Source of the DNA: Paramecium tetraurelia
Lineage: Eukaryota
Assembly: GCA_000165425.1 (NCBI GenBank)
Contig: CT868540.1
Location: 62,001-126,000, forward strand
Reading direction: 5' to 3'
DNA: 64,000 nucleotides
Shown: piece by piece, positions 1 through 13,766 of the stretch
Layout: each line of letters starts with the position of its first letter
Position numbering within the stretch: position 1 is the first letter of the stretch
The notes under the pieces: model-generated
What the model was told of the DNA's origin: nothing
The model's database searches: none
Seen by the model: only the letters and a program-made list of their open reading frames with translations
Position numbers and translations under genes: made by a program

Positions 1-890
1 AAAAAGAAATTTAAGAGGATAAAAGAATGAATATCATAAGAAAATTAAAAGCAAATGAATCTTTGAAAGAAATTAGAAATGTATAGAAATAAATCGAAAT
101 TTAATAAAAATTGAAATTTAGAAATCAAATTTCTTGGATTGGATTCATCAAAATAGCAATATATGCAACTAGAATGAAAGAAAAGATGGATGTAAATTTT
201 TTCATATTATATAAGCAAATGAAATGACATAATAAATATTTAGCAAAAGGAAGATTGATAGTTTGGTAATATAAGACTATAACAATGATAAAAATTAAAG
301 GAATGGAGCAACTGTTGAAGAGATAAGCCGATTCAAAATTTGTTTATCAATTAGAATATTTATATAACAACTAAAACAGTTCTCAAAAGCAAGGGCTATT
401 AAGGTTGTTTTATAATTTTTACATGCTACTCATTTATACACTTGATGTTTATAAAAACATCATTATTTTGTTGAAAAAGTTAACTATGTTAAGCGTGTGT
501 TTAAGAACCTAAAATTGAAACACAAAGCCTATAGAGATAGAATATGGAGGCTTTTGAATAAGAATGGTTAAACTATTATTCTTGAATTGATTAATAAACA
601 TAGTCAAATAAAAAAGAGACAATATCATACTGATAAGTATCAAATTATTATTTAAATGTTGATAGCATTTTATTATTATAGATAATGGATGATTTCATTA
701 AATAAAAGAAATAAAAATGTTCACAATATGCTCAAAATTATATTCAAGAAAAAAATAAGAAGAAAAAAGTACTTGACTTCACTTTAAGTCTGATGCAAAT
801 ATTTAGTGCTCCAACTAACGAAGATTTAATAGAAATATATAAAATATATGCAATCTAAAAAATATCGTAAATTAATGATTCAATCAATTG
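1..890 (+). pseudogene. Disrupted gene for a ciliate-type hypothetical protein (5' end outside window)
   Basis: Coding-like frame with a 24-nt intron (192-215), in-frame TGA at 225-227 and 443-445, and an apparent 1-nt frameshift near 300 (..MIKIK / NGATVEEISRFK..). The 3' end is approximate. Confidence 0.55.
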
Positions 891-1029
891 AAATTATCAA
901 AATGCATTTTCTCTTTAGAAAGCATATAAAAATTATTATGTATAAATTAATTAAATTATGGATGGCTATTATGCTTACGAAAGTGAAAGAAATCAGATTG
1001 ACTATATTTGGAATAATGTATGTAATAAT

Positions 1030-1359
1030 TCAATGTTTTTATTGTTACTTTCTCATGGCTCTATAGAGGTTTTAGACGAGTTCGATCTTTCTTTTTCCTC
1101 TTCTATTTGTACCCAATCTCTTAGCTGCTAATTTTCCTGCCTTCTTTAAATCTTTTGGTTGATTTGTTTTGAACAATTCAATAATTCTCTTTTCATATGG
1201 GCTCAAACCTGCTACTTCTTAGATGATCTTTCTCACTTGTAAGACTCTCTTACCCAAAGTTCCCTTTCTTTAAGAAGGTCTTCTTCTTAATTATTTCTTT
1301 GTTAATGATGATGTAATAAATCCTCTATTTAAACCAACTGCAATTCCTGTTCTTCCCAT
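1030..1359 (-). CDS. RPL36: 60S ribosomal protein L36 (eL36)
   Basis: Intronless 109 aa: [14 protein letters not shown]...[17 protein letters not shown]...[12 protein letters not shown]. Several TAA codons must be read as Gln. Confidence 0.96.
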
Positions 1360-2611
1360 TATTTTAAAAATGATATTTTTATTTTTAAATAATAATCACA
1401 CAATAACATCTTTATTTCGCTAACTAACAAATACTTTGATTTCCGATTTCGATGTTTTTATGATCTACTCTAAGTTATTATATTGTAAGTAATTTGAACA
1501 TTCTCGATATCTATACAATTTTAATCAAAATGCCCAAAATAATACTCATTTTTTATTGTAAGATTCATAAATACGCTTTATCTAACTATTATTGTTGATG
1601 AGAATTCTACTACTTTCTCAGCAGATTCTCATTTCATATTCATTAATATTGGAAACCTTATAAGCGAATCCAAATTATAATATATTTAATCTATTTAATC
1701 TATTTTAATACATGCAACGGTAAATTTTAAGGATAGACATTAAATAAAATTAATGCTCACTTAACATTAGTAGATTCTGATAGAATTGAGGATTTTAAGC
1801 TAAAATATAAATTAATATCTCATTTGCTTTGAGCTTGCAAAAAAAAATAATCTAAAGTTATAATCTTAATTGATTTCAAATATAATCATTTAATCCATTT
1901 TGTTAATATTTTCCTTATAATAATCATTGAGAAGATTTACAATATGTTTTATCAATAATTCTTAATCACCAAAGCCTTTGCTTATATATCATTGATTAAC
2001 ATATAAGAATATAAGTTATTGATATATAAGAAATGATTCTTTTATAATTTCGACCTTTATTTCAAATTATCAAAATGATTATCCTAACTATAGATACCTT
2101 TTTCATTTATGAATCAAATATTATTACATCAAAAACTGACAATTAAATTATAATTGGATGAGCAAGATTTGGAATTCTTACTCTGTTAAAAGACTACTAA
2201 TAAAAACTAATTATAATATCTAATTATTCGTTTACATGGTAATAAATCAAAATATTTTTAACCTTTATTATTGCTTTATATCAATTTAGAATTCATATTT
2301 GATTTCTTAAGATATGTACAGAGTAGTCTCTTATTTAAAGGTTGTTTTAGAATATATATTTCTCTTCTTGTCAAAAAAAGTCTTGGAGTCTTTGATTCAT
2401 TAATACTTAAATTATTTTTGTTACCATATTCTAAATGTGGTAGATTTAGAATATTATTAATGACAGTTTTAATTAATTTTAGCAAAGTTATTTTTATAAG
2501 TTTCAGTTTTAATTCTAAATTAACCACAATTTGATATTTGTTTAAGTATCATTTGACTATTTTTCTATTTCTAAAAATATTTTAATTTAGCATTATCATG
2601 ATTTTAATTAT

Positions 2612-3049
2612 TCATCGTCTTTTATTAAACTTTATTAAATAGAATATGAATTGATAGGTTTATTTTAGTATTTGTATACTTCTCTTTAGGATATGTTTTA
2701 CGAATATTGTTCATCAAATTTATGATTGTATTAGCTAATTCCTGGGATTTAGGACTCACAAGTATTTTTCTAAATAATCTATTTGAATGTTTATCACATA
2801 AAAATTAAAATAACTAATACTATAATGAGTAGGAGATCCAACTAAATCATATCTTCGTTAGATGGCCTTACATGTTATGGCTAAATAGATAACTAGGGTG
2901 AGGCTGGAAATTAGAAATAATTTATATTGAGTCTATTTATATCTTTTAGAAATGAATATTTTCTTTTTATTTCTCCCACAACAATCTAAACAACTACAAC
3001 TTGAAATTAATTTTTTATTATCAATTTGATTGATTTATTGAAACTGCAT
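2612..3049 (-). pseudogene. Small hypothetical protein (CxCxxC motif, hydrophobic helix) with an apparently mutated intron acceptor
   Basis: MQFQQINQIDNKKLISSCSCLDCCGRNKK...FLISSLTLVIYLAITCK...PTHY continues in frame (SDKHSNRLFRKILVSPKSQEL...) only if 2798-2820 (gtattag...tttttat) is spliced, but this ends in AT rather than AG. Confidence 0.4.
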
Positions 3050-3362
3050 TGAATAATTATAACTAAGACTTATACATCCTTATAGTTTCTTAAAATGTAC
3101 TTTTTCCTAAGCATTTCTCAAATTTAAAGATTTTATAGATGAGTCTATTGTCCTAAATAGAAGTCTTTATTAGAAACTATTAACTGAATGTTTTCAATAG
3201 ATTTGATTCTGGTTAAATTTCAAATAATTTCATAATTTTATACTTATCTAGTATTATTATTATTATTGATGAAAATGAATTAGATATCTATTTAAGATGT
3301 CTAGATAATAAAATATTATCATTCTAATCAATATTTTTGTATAATTATGAATGTATTTTTTA

Positions 3363-4080
3363 TCACCATTCTGGTTTTGGTCTTTATTTCTTTGCTATTT
3401 CTCCTCTTGCCAAATCCGGGAAGTTTTCTTCGCATGATAAGGGTACATCTTTGAAATAGTAATTGCCATAAGTATTGTTTTATCTCTCTCTCTCATATGA
3501 CCATTATCTTTCTCCAAGTAAACAGTGTCTATAAAACTTAACTGCAGTCATTTTTGTGACTTACCACCAGAGATAAGATGCTCCGAATAAATACAACCCA
3601 TATCCTGCCAAACCCACATATCCAAAACTAATATTAGTGATCACATTCACATACTTGTAAAAGAATGAAGTTTATTTGATACTTGTTATACCTCTTTATC
3701 CAATAGGCAAAAACATTTGTCTCTAAGTTAAAGCAGCTTTTTAATATTCACATTCAATATATACCTTATAAAAAGAATCCAGTAGTGCATATCCAAACAG
3801 GGAAGATTCGCACAAAATTGAAGCATTTCAGATCTCTCTCAACAAAATCTTGAATGTTTCTTGCCACATGAATTCTGAATAGAATAAATAAAAAATATTA
3901 CCTCTGTAATTTATTTACAAAATATGTTCTTGGATCTATTTGCTTACCTTCTTGTGCATTTTCTTGCATGATTTCAACATATCTTTTATAAGCTGGGTTA
4001 TCCCCATGTTAGTAAAATAACAATGGGTCATACAACTTTTGAATTTCCTCTTTCAGATTTTTGGCATCTGCTTTAGACAT
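3363..4080 (-). CDS. Hypothetical membrane protein (~210 aa, two hydrophobic segments), possibly mitochondrial
   Basis: MSKADAKNLKEEIQKLYDPLLFYQHGDNPAY...FGYVGLAGYGLYLFGASYLWWQ...LARGEIAKKQRPKPEW*, with three small GT-AG introns. Confidence 0.8.
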
Positions 4081-5601
4081 CTTAATTATATATATATAAT
4101 AATGATTTGATAAAATAATCATTCACTAATTATCTTTATTCGAGAGATTAATATCACTTAGAATCTATCTTATAATATCACAGATAAATTAACGTACTTA
4201 GTAGAAAATACTAATATAACATTCTGATACCTCTAAATTGAAATTAGAACATTTTCAATAAATCAGATTATAAGTTATTTCTTTTCCTCTTTTTACTATT
4301 AATTTTATCAAATAGATATCTCGTAATTCATTTATTTCTCCAAATTATTTTCTAATTTCTCTATTCTAATTAGCTATAAATCTTTTCTTAGTTCTAATTA
4401 AGACTCTTCACTCTTTGAAGATCAATTAAAACCTTCAAAAGTTAAATCAGTAGTTACATCAGTCAATAAATTAACTTTGAAATTGGTATTATAAGATTTA
4501 TTAAGTGTAATAAAATTTCAAATAGTTTAAAATTGTAAAATTAAATTCTCCATGATAAATTATTATTTTATTAAAAGATTGAATTTCTTAATGAATTTAG
4601 CTTGAAATTTGATTCAAGTATTACTCGATATCAAAAAACTTAATTTTATGATTTCCCTATCTTGTTAGGGAAATCTAGCTTTTCCTTACGAACTAAAATC
4701 ATTATCAAATCTATAGTTTAATTTGACAAGTTAGATAATGTTATCTGTAGTAATTGCTGATCCAAAAATAACTTTTTAAGAATATACATATAAATAATAG
4801 CATAAATGGAATGTTATGAATATACAAAACTTTTATCTCCTTTCAAATAAAGAAAGCAATAGAGTTGAAAATTATCAATTCAAAAAAATTATCATAATGA
4901 AATGAATTAATTAGAAGCAAATTGGTTTATTAAAGAATATGGGAAATAGCATAAAAATATAATAATAATCTATGAATAATATGTTAATAAAAAATAGATA
5001 TGTCAGAGAAATACACTAAATTTCAGCATCTATCTTTTCAGACAGGGATAACTATTAATCATCATGATAGCTTATTGATAGATATAAAATAAATATATCA
5101 AAAAAATGAAGTATTTTATAATTATGGTTTATTATTATTTTTTATTTATTTAATGTTTTCGGGTTAAAGCGAATTCGATCTAAGAGTTTTTTTATCCTCT
5201 TATTCAGATGCTCTGCATTGTCTAAAATAATCAGCTGATAAATCTACTTTAAGAAAAAACTATGAAAATATTGCTAATCGACTTACGATTTATGTGAAAC
5301 AAAAGAAGGTATTTTGAATACCTTAATATAGATGTTTGGTGAAGTAAATATATCTAAAAATGAAGAGAGAGATATTTTAGCATTTCAATATACACAGTAA
5401 AATATCAAAGATGTATAAAAATAGTTATATATTTTTAAAATATTTACCGGATTTCGACAATTTTAAGGGGAATTATGAATAGTTGTAGACAATCCTAAAT
5501 AATTCATTTAATTCTCTATCTTCAGATTTTTAGCTTTATTCATAATAATCATAATAATAATAAGCACAATGATTTGAATATAAGTATTTATGTGATAAAA
5601 A

Positions 5602-6150
5602 TCATATTATAATAAGATCATCATCCTCATCTCTAAATCCAGTGTTGTGGTTTGGATATTGAGAATTTTAAGGTGTTTTCTTTTTCAAACATTTCGTTTT
5701 TAATTAGTAAACCCAGTTACCAATTATTTTTTAAGGAGGTACAACAGCTAATTTATTGGTTTTGATAAATGAGGACATTTTTTCGGCCACTTTATACATA
5801 AACTAATTTGATTCTTTCATTGAAGAGACAAAATTTTAGCTTAAAGTTAATTCCTATTTTGATTTAATTTATGTTATAGTTCTTCAAAATAGAAAAAAAC
5901 TAAATTACTTTTGTGTAAATTGGTAAAGGGTCTTAAAACTATTATAAGTAGTTTTAGTTAAGGATAAATTTGATAATTATTATGATAATTATTTTTTTTG
6001 ATCTTTATTAGAATTAACCTTTTTGAGTCTATCATAAAGTGTAACACTCTAATTCCTACGTGGATCCTCTTGATTAAAGGAATTTTGATATTCTAATAGA
6101 TCTGGTTGTGATTATGTGTGAGTATTAGGCGTTTTATCAACAATGAACAT
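5602..6150 (-). CDS. Hypothetical protein
   Basis: Starts MFIVDKTPNTHTQSQPDLLEYQNSFNQEDPRR and ends ...NHNTGFRDEDDDLIII*. Internal intron structure not resolved. Confidence 0.55.
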
Positions 6151-6172
6151 TATTATTTATTAATATTTAATT

Positions 6173-8474
6173 ATGTAACAATAATTAATAAAGCCTCAAT
6201 CTAAAGAACATGCAATGCAAATTTTGTAATCAGGATTTTAGCTGTATTAACATTAAGGACACATGAGTTTCAACGAAAATGCTATTGTAATTTAATAACC
6301 AGAAAGAATGAGTTTCAACGATTAGAAGATGAAATCACATCCAAAAGTTCATAATGTTTTTGAAAATCAAAAGAGAACCAGAATTAATTAACATTAAATT
6401 GAGCAAAGTATAGTTGGAAATAAATTTGAAATTCCTGTTTTGCCATCGGGTAAATATCTCAAATTTAATGTTCTTTCAAATTGGGGAGATAAATAACAAG
6501 TTGGTCTTAATGGAATTGAAGTGTTTGACTCATAAGGTGGTAATATAACTAGATATATTAAAATGCCTATGCAAGATGAGTACATAGAGAAATTAAAGTT
6601 GATAGACGGTTACTAAGCAGTTAAAGACGATAAACATATTTGGAAAACAAAGAACTTGAAACCTGAAATCATTATTGATTTAACTGCAAATATAAAAGTC
6701 TCATTGATAAGAATTTGGAACTACAATAAATCCAGGATTCGATCCTATAAAGGTGTTAGATTGTTAAAGATTACTTTAGATGAAAGATTAGTAAACTATT
6801 TATGTAATATTTTAGTTAGATATTTTATGGAGATATTTAGAAAGCAACTGGAGATCTAAAGAAGTTCTAAGATAATTGTGAATACATATTATTCACATAG
6901 GATTCTAAAATTATAAGTAGAATAGCTGAATTAGATTGGCTGAACAAAAGAGCCGAAGACTATTCTATTTAAATTCTATAGTAAACTATGAGTATGAAAT
7001 AAATTCGACCAAATACTGGTACAAAGTTACAGTCATAGAAACCAAGATAATAACAATAATAAAATGATTAATCGCCGTCCTCAAAATTATACTCATCAAG
7101 AATTTATTAATAAAGCAATAAAGAATAGGAGTAAGCAGCAATATAATAAAGATCATAGCCATAATAAAAAGAGTAAGAAATCTATAAACCTTCAAATAAA
7201 TAAGAGAAAGTATAAATGCAATACCCTGAATACATATCTGTTTTTGATATATTATTAGAATTCAATAATGGGTCAAAACGATTCCTGGGATTAAATGGAA
7301 TATTATTAATTGATTATAATAACAAATAGATTCATTAAGAAGAGATATAAGATTCTAATCTAACTGAATACGAAATATAACGACTATTCTATTCTAATAA
7401 TCCAACCTAGATTGATTCATCCAATATGATTTGGATAAAATAAAAGAGAATTTATATCAAATTCAAGCAACAAACAAAATTATCAATGATTAAATTTTAT
7501 AATTGCAACCAAATTGTTAGTGAATCTACATTTACTGGACCAGAAATAGTCAAAATTACTTATAATGGAAGGTTCAAAATATTTAGTAATTATATTGCTA
7601 TATCTAATAGATTTGAGACCTGCACCATGTGAAGAAATTAATTTTGTTTAAACTATTTAACTAACTTAACCAAACAATAATTCTTATTCAGGCAATCTTG
7701 TGGCTAATTATGAATTATTTCATTCCAATTATGTCATTGCTTATCCTCCTTGTGGAATGATAGTCACTATTTATTTGATTAATACTTGGGGAGATAACAA
7801 TTATGTCGGTTTAAATGGACTAGAAATTTATGATCACCAAGGTTCAGCCTTATTATAAAGAAAACTCATACCTTATACTATTCATTCTGTTCCATAAGTA
7901 TTTCGATTAATATTATTTTAGTTAGAAGATGATCCAAGAGTTGTCTAAAACTTAGTAATTCCTCCATATGATATTAATTGTTAACCTTAAAGAAGCTTCT
8001 TGGCTCCATTTATTAATACTCCGATGGAAAAGTTAAAAAATAAGAATGCCATCATTATCCAAAAGGCAAGGGATTTAGAGAAATAAGATATCAATAAGAT
8101 CTATGTATTATTTGATAAACTTACTTGTTTCAGCGGAATAGACTTTTATAATTATACGAAAGATTGGTAAAGAGGAGTGAAGGAAGTCCACATATATGTT
8201 AATAATCGATTGATTTATTAAGTATTTTATCTCAATTTATACTTAGGGAAACATTAATCAGACTTTTCAAGACATAAAAAAGAACATATATAATAAAACA
8301 ACTATATTATTTTCAGATTCCAATTAAATTAAGTAATAATTAAATCCACACTTTTATCAATTTCCAGATGAGTAAGTATCTTTGATTGATGAAAACAAAT
8401 AATTAACCTAAAGAGAATATTAGTAATATTACTCCCAATAATTGATTAGACCTAAAACAAGTATTCAATCATGA
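6173..8474 (+). CDS. KATNIP: Katanin-interacting protein (KIAA0556/KATNIP)-like, DUF4457 repeats
   Basis: Repeated motifs LPSGKYLKFNVLSNWGDKQQVGLNGIEVFD, IRIWNYNKSRIRSYKGVR and NTWGDNNYVGLNGLEIYD; several ~25-nt introns. Confidence 0.85.
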
Positions 8475-9036
8475 AATTGCTTACATTTAATATATCCTAT
8501 ATATTTTATTGAAAATTAAGTTTATTATACTCTTAACTTATCTAATTAAATAAATCAATTTTGAATGATTAATATATCTAAGTTGCTAAATGAAGGTTTA
8601 TAATCATCAACTTTAATACTATAAAAATTTATGAAATAAAAACTAAAGATATGAACTATTCTTAATTTTCGATGTAATTATCTTATCAAATTCTAATACT
8701 AAGAGATATGAAGTTATATGTTTACTATTAATAATATATATCATTGAAATTAAATAGATTTTAGAGATAGTAATTCTACTAACATAAAATTAGATAACCG
8801 TAAGCTTATAATTTAATATATAATAAAACAAAATAATAAGATGAATATTAATATGGTAACTCTTCTAATTCATAAGAGAATTGATATATATTATATTGAA
8901 AAATTATATAAAAATATCCTGTTAATAACAATAATATAATTATTTAATTATGCAATAATATTTAAAGAGAGTAAAGAAGAGAATTCAAGAATAGTGGATT
9001 AAATATATTTTCATTTTGATAATATTGGTAATAGCT

Positions 9037-9243
9037 ATGTTTAGAAATTATGCAAATCAAAAAATTTCAGACGAAGAACCTGTAAAATTAACAGAAGAAT
9101 AGATCGCAAAAACTGAATAATATAAGTAGGAAACAATAATGCAATATGGTATAATGTGTGCAGTATTTATTGGCATCCTGGTTTTCATATAGACGTTAAA
9201 TAATAAATATGAAAAGCCTAAGGAAAAAGAAAAAGAGCAATGA
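9037..9243 (+). CDS. Small (68 aa) single-pass membrane protein
   Basis: MFRNYANQKISDEEPVKLTEEQIAKTEQYKQETIMQYGIMCAVFIGILVFIQTLNNKYEKPKEKEKEQ*; clean ATG..TGA with one hydrophobic helix. Confidence 0.7.
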
Positions 9244-9569
9244 AAGTTAAGTGTATATAATCAATAATTATTGTTATTTAACATATATGTTAATTTTTAT
9301 ATTCAATAACAACTCTTCCTAAATTTAAGAATTTTCTAGAACAATGGTTTTAGGTTTTATAGTAAATCTAGTTATTTGGATTGGATGTCTACAATATTGA
9401 TTTTCTTTTATTATTCTAGAAAGTATTTCTCAAATTGTATGATTTTATGGAACTTAATTTATTTATCAAAGTTCAAATTAAATTTATTGGATTATGATTA
9501 ATCGATCTTTAAATAAAAATGAGTTTGAAGATGATATAAGAAAATAAAATAATAACGATTATTTATAAA

Positions 9570-10676
9570 TCAATCGTTGCCTTATTTAAATGATTGAATT
9601 CCATTCCAAAATGATCCTAAACTTCCTATAAATCCATCATGTTTTATAAAATAAGGCTATATTAGAATGATGTTGTTACGTGTCTATTTTACTAATCTAA
9701 TTTTGAGAAGTAGGAGAAAGCTTCGTTAATGCATTGTAATGTTTCTTCATGATTTCTTATGAAATGTCCGGAAAAGAATACTCTTTCAATATTATGTAAC
9801 TTTGAATGCAGGAAGGCTATTTGGCTGATGTTGTAAGTAGTCATATAAAGTAAAGATTTGACTAGATCCGATTTATTAATATTTATATTTTAATCTAATT
9901 TTCCCATACTGACTGCTACATGCTTTTCATTTTTGTTTCTTGTTGGAGATTAAAATCCTAAATGAACTTCATCCATCAATAAATCTGTATGTGCATTAGA
10001 ACCTTATTTAGTCATTTTTAATAATTCATCGAAATCATTAATGCCAGTAAACAGATGACTCAATCCCAAAAACATTCCACCTCCTAAAGATGTGCCTGAG
10101 ATTCTGGCAAATTGATCTTCATTGTCAAATTTTAATATGCTAACTCCACTTCCTATATTAACCAATATAAATGGGTAAATTGAAGCCTAAAAATAAGTTG
10201 ATATTAATTATACCGTCAACTACAAATATTCAATACCATTATTAAAAGTAAAGTATGTATTTTTGCATTTAATGCTATCTAACAATTTAAACCCGAATTT
10301 TAGAGCATCAAATTCATTAATCCTGATGATTTTTCCATAATTGGAAATTTAATCATAATACTTAAATGATCCTCCTCCTGTGATATAAAAATTTTAGATA
10401 TACGACTTTCCATCCACGATGAAGCCAATTCCTTCCAAATTTTCAATCAACTTATCTAATGAATTGGGATGAGAGATAAAATGGATTTCATAATCCTCAG
10501 TCTCATTTATGACTATTAAGAATAAAATTATTTCTAATACTGTTGAGTTCTTTTTTAGTTTGACATTTTAAACTAACCCCTTTCTTAGTTGCAAATGTTA
10601 ATTTCGTTAATGTTCCCCCAATGTCTAAGCAAACGATAGGTATTAAATTTTAAGAAAATGATGGATTATTTTACAT
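9570..10676 (-). CDS. PANK: Pantothenate kinase (type II, eukaryotic)
   Basis: CLDIGGTLTKL, ITGGGSFKY, PFILVNIGSGVSILK, RISGTSLGGGMFLGL, FSGHFIRNH and GFIGSLG motifs. Confidence 0.93.
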
Positions 10677-10986
10677 CTTATTAATAATATTCAAAATAAT
10701 GAAAAAAATGAATGATTATTGAAACTCTATATTATACATACTATGGAATAGCAGAAAAGTTATAATTTTTATAGTTAATCATATTTAAGATAAGATCTGA
10801 TCTATGAGAATAATTTAGAGGTTCAAGACTATTACTTTTAATTGATTGAGAGTTATTAATAAGATTCATTTTATAAATATTTCATAAATGGCTAGGCTAA
10901 TTTAATAAGAATCGATGGTTTGATTTAGTAAAATGATATTAAATACAGGTGCCTAAATAAATTTTGAGTATATTATAATAATATTA

Positions 10987-11961
10987 ATGCTTTCAACATA
11001 AGTGTTTAATTCTTTTGCTTAAAGATAAAGCAATGGAATAATCAAACTATTGGCATGTGGTGTGTTCTTCGGAGGTGCTTATGGTTGTGCATGGCATTAA
11101 TGGAAAGGAGGATAACAAAAATAATTATATGAGAAAGTTGAGAACGAAATTACAGAATGGAAACCTATTAGCATAAATGGACTGAATGCAAGCAGATATC
11201 CATGGGCTTAAAATATAAGAAATTGGGAGTATAAGTTAGTGAAATTGTATGGATATTTCAGAGTAAGGGATGTTTGTTATGAAAGGATGAAAGATTTTTT
11301 GTGAGAAGAGAAAGAGAAGGCAGAGATGGATTCCTTGTATTTGCCCCTTTTGTAACAGCATTGCAATTTAATGATACTGAACAAGATCCAGAATAAACTA
11401 CAAAATCATAAGTGATGGTAAATTTAGGATGGGTGCCCAAGGATAACATAAGCGATATCTAAATGGGTTAAGAACCTATTGGAACAACAGTACAATGATT
11501 TGTATTCCATAAGACCTATGATAATGTGCCTCATAATGAGGATGATGATTAATTGACAGGTTTCAATAGAAATATTGCCAATATGGAGGAAGATTATCAA
11601 ATGCCATTTGTAGAATTTGTAGGTATGGTGAGAAGGGGAGAAGAGGAAGACATATTAAAAGGAAGAAGAAATTGGCCAAGAGAAGGAGTCTACAATTACA
11701 TAGACTTATGGTTCATGTCTAGATTATACAGATCATTCAATTTAGTAAAAGATCATATTAAAATAGACTGATTCATCAACTGCATACATTGAAAGATTAG
11801 TATAGGAATACGATGAAGAATCTGCTAACTTATATCCTATTCCTGCAACCAAAGATAACTTTGATAAGCCTCTACCTACTCCCTAGACTCATTAAGCATA
11901 TTCATTGTTTTTTGGATTGTCATCAATAATGTCATTAGCTCTATTGGCTATAAGAAGATGA
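10987..11961 (+). CDS. SURF1: SURF1/Shy1 cytochrome c oxidase assembly factor
   Basis: N-terminal TM ending AWHQW, then WEYKLVKLYGYF, GFLVFAPF, VMVNLGWVP and a C-terminal THQAYSLFFGLS TM. Confidence 0.88.
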
Positions 11962-12295
11962 TCAGATGTATCATAAACGCAATAATAATAACATATAAAT
12001 TATTTATCACTCTATGTTGTACATCTATCCTTATGTTTAATATTTATTCTAATCTTTGCATTTATTTCCATGATATCTCATAACCAAATTTGATTATTAA
12101 TAATTCAAAAATTAAGAAATAATTATCAATTAGTTTTATCAAGTTCATAATTCAAAATTTAAATTAATATTATAGTTATTAAATGAGAATCTCGAAAGGG
12201 TCTTTGAGAGTTGAAATAAATATTGAATTAGTCATTTATAATATAATAATATATAAAGAATTATCTGTCATACTTTTTTATATTTAGATTCCTTT

Positions 12296-13715
12296 TCAAA
12301 AGAATTTAGAATCTTTTTTTTTATGCTAGTTAAAAAATACTATGTTTTAGCATAGATCCCTTAATTCTTTTTGACTGACTAGAAATAATGAGATAGATAT
12401 CATACGTCTTATTAATGCTATTTCAACTTAACGATATTTTCGTCTTGTATTTATTGCAACTTCATCATTTGCTTTTACATCTACTCATATTTCTCATTTG
12501 ATATATGCCAATGAGCAGAACTCCCTCTTCTGTTGAATCTGTTTTGGGAAAACTACTTCGCAATATCTAAGACTCTCTATTTCATCCTCCCAAATATTTA
12601 ATTCTATGATAAGTTCTATTACTAAAATTAATGCTGCGATACTTTCTAATTACATTAAATTACTTGATTACTTCTAAGTTTTCTGCCCAATGAGGTACCT
12701 TCTTATTGTTACAATAAAGTCTCTTTTTCTTTGGAGTATGCTAATTCTTGTTTTCTATATTTTATATATTAGTATGGATGTTTTAACTGTTGGCACAGAA
12801 ATCTTCAGGAAATGGAAAATCAAATACTGATGATTAGAATTGAAACCCACAATCTTAGATTATATTATCATCCCGAAAACTACTACTTCTCCATTTATAG
12901 GAATGATGATCCAAATTTGAAGATTCGTTTGTATTATATGAAGTAGCTCGATATTCAACTGAAGAACTCTCGTACCACTCTGATTTATTAGGAGAATCCA
13001 TGAGTTGTTGTTCTTCATCTTATTCATAGATGACTATTTGCTGTTTATCTGAATATACTAATACATCTTTATGACTTGAGGATTATTTTTATTCATCATA
13101 AATTTCTATTGATTTCAATTTAGGAATTAATTCTTCTGGATCTACTGATTCTATTAATTTCATTAACTCTCTTTCAATTTTGCTCTCTGCTTCTTCATGC
13201 TATTTGTCAACTTTTATCTAGGAGAGTTGTTACTACAACAAGGATGGTTTTCTTATCTACTTCGGAGTGCCATCTTCTCCTGCATTTACATAGCATTTAG
13301 GATATTCTTCAGATAAAATATTGTGAGATTTTAATATGCTCTATTCTCTCAATCCATTTACTGATTTCAAGATCAAATTCTTGGGAGAATTTTCTTTTGA
13401 CTTTTAATTTTCCATCACTTCAACATGAAAACAATTAGCTTAAATATTCTTCTTGAACTATTCAACAGCACACTCTTTTGTTTTTGAATCCTTCTAAAAT
13501 TCATCTTCCTGTTCTTCTGTCACTGCTTCCAAATGTGACTGTTTCTAAGAGCACATCATTAAACAATTTAATATCTTCATAGTTTAACCTACTGTCTCTA
13601 ATACACTGTTTGTTACTAAAGTCATTCTCTATTGAGTTTGTATTGTAATAGAGGATGCTGCTGCTGCAACATGAATTGATAGTGCTAATATTTCTTTTGA
13701 AATCTCTTAATTCAT
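12296..13715 (-). CDS. INCENP-like protein with C-terminal IN-box (Aurora B-binding)
   Basis: KKVPHWAENLEVIK...QIFGRMKQRVLDIAKQFSQNRFNRRGSSAHW matches the IN-box pattern PxWA...IFG...LD...F...R.SSA.W. Confidence 0.75.
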
Positions 13716-13766
13716 TTAAATTTAAAATAATAAATTAACAAGCGCAAAAATTAACCTATATTATTA

